Origin: a virus
Taxonomy: Duplodnaviria; Heunggongvirae; Uroviricota; Caudoviricetes
DNA length: 9,467 bases
Strand: one strand, 5' to 3'
IMG/VR virus record: IMGVR_UViG_2695420579_000007
Shown here: positions 6,958 to 9,467 of the stretch, one piece after another
How the letters are laid out: every line of letters starts with the position of its first letter
Position numbering within the stretch: the stretch's first letter is position 1
Translations under genes and position numbers: made by a program
The notes under the pieces: model-generated
The model's database searches: none
Told to the model about the DNA's origin: nothing
Seen by the model: only the letters and a program-made list of their open reading frames with translations

Positions 6958-7021
6958 TATTAGCTCCTTCTGATGCCATTCTATTTCAGGAAGGAGTGTC
7001 CGTTAAACTCAGGCTACCTCA

Positions 7022-7698
7022 GGTTATTCGCTTCTGGGCATGGGCGGATCAACAAATGATAGACGGTAATGCAGATTGTAACGCTCGCGGCGTTACAAAA
7101 AGTGCAATAGATCGCATCACTTTTATGTCTGGTTTTGCTGATGCGTTAATTCAGGTTGGATGGCTGGTCGAAAATGACGGAGGGCTTTCTCTACCTAACT
7201 TTGAACGTCATAACGGAAAAAGCTCTAAAAAAAACGGGCGGTTACAAACGAGCGAGTAACAAAAATACGCGAACTGAAACGAAAAGGTAACGCTGCCAGC
7301 GTTACACAAACGGATCAAAAAGCGTTACCAGAGGAAGAGGAAGAGGAAGATCTAAATACTGATCTCCCCCTCGCCAAAAACGAGCGTCTAAAAAATTCGA
7401 GCCGGAGGCTATTGAGCTGCCCGATTGGTTGCCGGAAACACTCTGGCATGAGTGGGTCCGGTTCAGACAGGCATTGCGAAAACCGATTCGAACGGAGCAG
7501 GGCGCTAACGGGGCGATACGGGAACTGGAAAAATTCCGTCAGCAGGGTTTTACACCTGAGCAGGTGATTCGACACAGCATCGCCAATGAATACCAGGGCC
7601 TGTTCGCGCCGAAAGGTGTTCGGCCTGAGACGTTGCTCCGACAGGTTAACACCGTCTCGTTGCCGGACAGTGCGATCCCGCCAGGCTTCAGGGGGTAA
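7022..7698 (+). pseudogene. second O-like replication initiator gene: 5' end removed by IS600 and two frameshifts at poly-A runs
   Basis: Reading frame starts directly at the IS600 boundary (VIRFWAWADQQ..., resembling AWLRLWHDMPND near the N-terminus of the first O-like protein). Frame changes at A8 (7227-7234) and at A6 (7390-7395). C-terminus ends IPPGFRG 6 nt before the DnaC-like gene, exactly as in module 1. No GTCACG iterons. Confidence 0.7.
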
Positions 7699-7704
7699 CG
7701 GACC

Positions 7705-8451
7705 ATGAAAAATATTGCGACAGGCGGCGTTCTGGAACGCATCCGCCGACTGACCCCGCCACATGTAACCGCCCCATTCAGAACGGTAGCGGAGTGGCGC
7801 GAGTGGCAACTTGCTGAAGGCCAGAAACGTAGCGAGGAGATCAACCGCCTGAATCGCCAGTTGCGGGTGGAAAAAATTCTGAATCGCTCAGGCATCCAGC
7901 CGTTGCACCGTAAATGCTCGTTTGCGAATTACCAGGTGCAGAACGACGGCCAGCGATACGCGTTAAGCCAGGCGAAATCCATCGCCGATGAACTGATGAC
8001 CGGGTGTACAAATTTTGCGTTCAGCGGAAAACCTGGTACCGGGAAGAATCACTTAGCGGCAGCTATCGGGAATCGCCTGCTGAAAGACGGTCAGACAGTG
8101 ATTGTGGTTACCGTGGCTGATGTTATGAGCGCCCTGCACGCCAGCTATGACGACGGGCAGTCAGGCGAAAAATTTTTGCGGGAGCTGTGCGAAGTGGATC
8201 TGCTGGTTCTTGATGAAATTGGCATTCAGCGCGAGACGAAAAACGAGCAGGTGGTGCTGCACCAGATTGTTGATCGCCGGACAGCGTCGATGCGCAGCGT
8301 GGGGATGCTGACAAACCTGAACTATGAGGTGATGAAAACATTGCTCGGCGAGCGGGTGATGGATCGCATGGTCATGAACGGCGGGCGCTGGGTGAATTTT
8401 AACTGGGAGAGCTGGCGTCCGAATGTTAGCCATTCGAGGGTTGTTAAGTAG
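7705..8451 (+). CDS. DnaC-like helicase loader, second paralogue (248 aa)
   Basis: Collinear with the 3916-4662 protein at high identity (roughly 85% by eye); Walker A SGKPGTGKNHLAAA and Walker B LLVLDEIG. Confidence 0.9.
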   Translation: MKNIATGGVLERIRRLTPPHVTAPFRTVAEWREWQLAEGQKRSEEINRLNRQLRVEKILNRSGIQPLHRKCSFANYQVQNDGQRYALSQAKSIADELMTGCTNFAFSGKPGTGKNHLAAAIGNRLLKDGQTVIVVTVADVMSALHASYDDGQSGEKFLRELCEVDLLVLDEIGIQRETKNEQVVLHQIVDRRTASMRSVGMLTNLNYEVMKTLLGERVMDRMVMNGGRWVNFNWESWRPNVSHSRVVK

Positions 8452-8465
8452 TTTCAGGAGGATTT

Positions 8466-8824
8466 ATGGCGAAACCTTTTACTCCCGAACAGCGGGAAGA
8501 ACTGAAGACGCGAATTGTGGAACTCGTGCATCAGGACGGTCGGGTCACGATTCGGCAGTTGTCAGATGAAACAGGTATCAGTCGTGCGTCTGTCGGTCGC
8601 TTATGCATAGAACTGGTCGCAAGTGGTGATGTATATAATTCTGGCTACGGCTTATTCCCGTCTGAACAGGCTCGCAAGGACTGGCAAAGCGCCCGCAAAA
8701 AACTCTCGAGAGTAAAGGTGAGGAAACCGGTTGTTGTTGATCCGGACCTTATCTGGTCATTACCTGACGGAGAAATACGCCGCTACGACAGGCGCCTGAA
8801 TATAATCTGTCGCGAGTGCCGGAA
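8466..8824 (+). CDS. small HTH-like hypothetical protein, paralogue of the gene truncated at 5425; 3' end lost in the N gap
   Basis: ATG 8466 with CAGGAGGA SD. N-terminus MAKPFTPEQREELKTRIVELV. C-terminal half nearly identical to the post-gap copy (ELVASGDVYNSGYGLFPSEQARKDWQ...PDLIWSLPDGEIRRYDR...IICRECRK). Confidence 0.65.
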
Positions 8825-9051
8825 NNNNNNNNNNNNNNNNNNNNNNNNNNNNNNNNNNNNNNNNNNNNNNNNNNNNNNNNNNNNNNNNNNNNNNNNNNNN
8901 NNNNNNNNNNNNNNNNNNNNNNNNNNNNNNNNNNNNNNNNNNNNNNNNNNNNNNNNNNNNNNNNNNNNNNNNNNNNNNNNNNNNNNNNNNNNNNNNNNNN
9001 NNNNNNNNNNNNNNNNNNNNNNNNNNNNNNNNNNNNNNNNNNNNNNNNNNN
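8825..9051. other. assembly gap (227 N)
   Basis: Run of n characters. The flanks are two near-identical gene copies, so this looks like a repeat-induced scaffold break. Confidence 1.
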
Positions 9052-9432
9052 GGGCAGGTTGTTGAACTCGTACGCCAGAGTGGGCGCGAGACGTTACGAC
9101 AACTGGAAGCTAAAACCGGGGCGACAAGATATTTAATAAGCGTTCTCGCCAGAGAGCTGGTTGCCAGTGGGGATGTATACAACTCTGGCTACGGGTTATT
9201 CCCGTCTGAACAGGCTCGTAAGGACTGGCAAAACGCCCGCAAAAAACTCTCGAGGGCAAAGCTGAAGAAACCATCTGTGGTTGATCCGGACCTTATCTGG
9301 TCATTACCGGACGGAGAAATACGCCGCTACGACAGACATCAGAACATAATCTGTCGCGAGTGCCGGAAGAGTGAAGTTATGCAGCGTGTACCGGCTTTCT
9401 ATCAGGGTGATTTTCAGGAGGCGGTACTGTGA
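9052..9432 (+). CDS. 3' portion of the small HTH-like gene whose 5' end is at 5425-5518; partial because the 5' end falls in the gap
   Basis: 9052-9103 is identical to 5467-5518 and the frame continues (GQVVELVRQSGRETLRQLEAKTGATRYLISVLARELVASGDVYNSG...) to TGA at 9430-9432. Confidence 0.6.
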   Translation, partial: GQVVELVRQSGRETLRQLEAKTGATRYLISVLARELVASGDVYNSGYGLFPSEQARKDWQNARKKLSRAKLKKPSVVDPDLIWSLPDGEIRRYDRHQNIICRECRKSEVMQRVPAFYQGDFQEAVL

Positions 9433-9467
9433 GTGAAATTAGCTATCAGGCTTCAATTACCGCTGGC
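9429..9467 (+). CDS. 5' end of a downstream gene running off the window
   Basis: GTG 9429 overlaps the preceding stop (GTGA), with CAGGAGG 8 nt upstream. Open frame VSEISYQASITAG to the window end. Confidence 0.35.
   Translation, partial: MSEISYQASITAG

Larger units (their letters stand above)
5758..7021 (-). mobile_element. IS600 (IS3 family), complete, 1264 bp
   Basis: Imperfect terminal inverted repeats both beginning TGAGGT (5758-5787 and reverse complement of 6992-7021). OrfA and OrfB in -1 frame arrangement with a poly-A slippery site. OrfA/OrfB sequences and the 1264-bp length match IS600 as I recall it. Confidence 0.9.

Noticed and set aside
7331-7349. GAGGAA trinucleotide-type repeat, about 3 units
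   Set aside because: Short coding microsatellite encoding a poly-Glu tract inside the second O-like gene. Not a CRISPR array or a regulatory repeat. The window has no CRISPR-like regularly spaced repeats.
7315-7895. Minus-strand ORFs of 164 and 118 aa (7315-7809 and 7539-7895)
   Set aside because: Antisense to the second O-like and DnaC-like genes. Serine- and arginine-rich, no RBS context; most likely non-coding.
8760-9182. ORFs reading through the N gap (8466-9065, 8816-9136, 8760-9182)
   Set aside because: They are open only because N codons are translated as X. The gap length is arbitrary, so frame continuity across it is meaningless.

Overview
This window reads as the early/immunity and replication region of a lambdoid (CP-933P/Rac-like) prophage from an Escherichia/Shigella-type genome, followed by an IS600 element and a second, paralogous replication module. 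All calls are from reading the sequence and ORF track; no database search was run. Left to right: (i) a leftward two-gene cassette of unknown function (163-746) behind an OL-like operator pair; (ii) a leftward three-gene operon encoding a CI-type regulator, a PaaA-like antitoxin and a ParE/RelE-fold toxin (972-2006), occupying the slot that rexAB holds in lambda; (iii) an OR-like operator region; (iv) rightward Cro-like (YdaS) and YdaT-like genes, an O-like replication initiator with internal iteron clusters, a DnaC-like helicase loader and a 241-aa hypothetical protein; (v) a truncated small gene fused to a 238-bp inverted IS600 end fragment that sits head-to-head with a complete 1264-bp IS600, forming a perfect palindrome around an ambiguous base at 5757; (vi) a second O-like gene truncated by the IS and broken by two poly-A frameshifts, a second DnaC-like gene, and a paralogue of the truncated small gene running into a 227-N gap; (vii) after the gap, the missing 3' part of the gene truncated at 5518. 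The most novel candidate is the unannotatable early-left cassette; the palindrome, the N gap, the split gene and the homopolymer frameshifts together suggest parts of the window may be assembly artefact rather than true genome structure.
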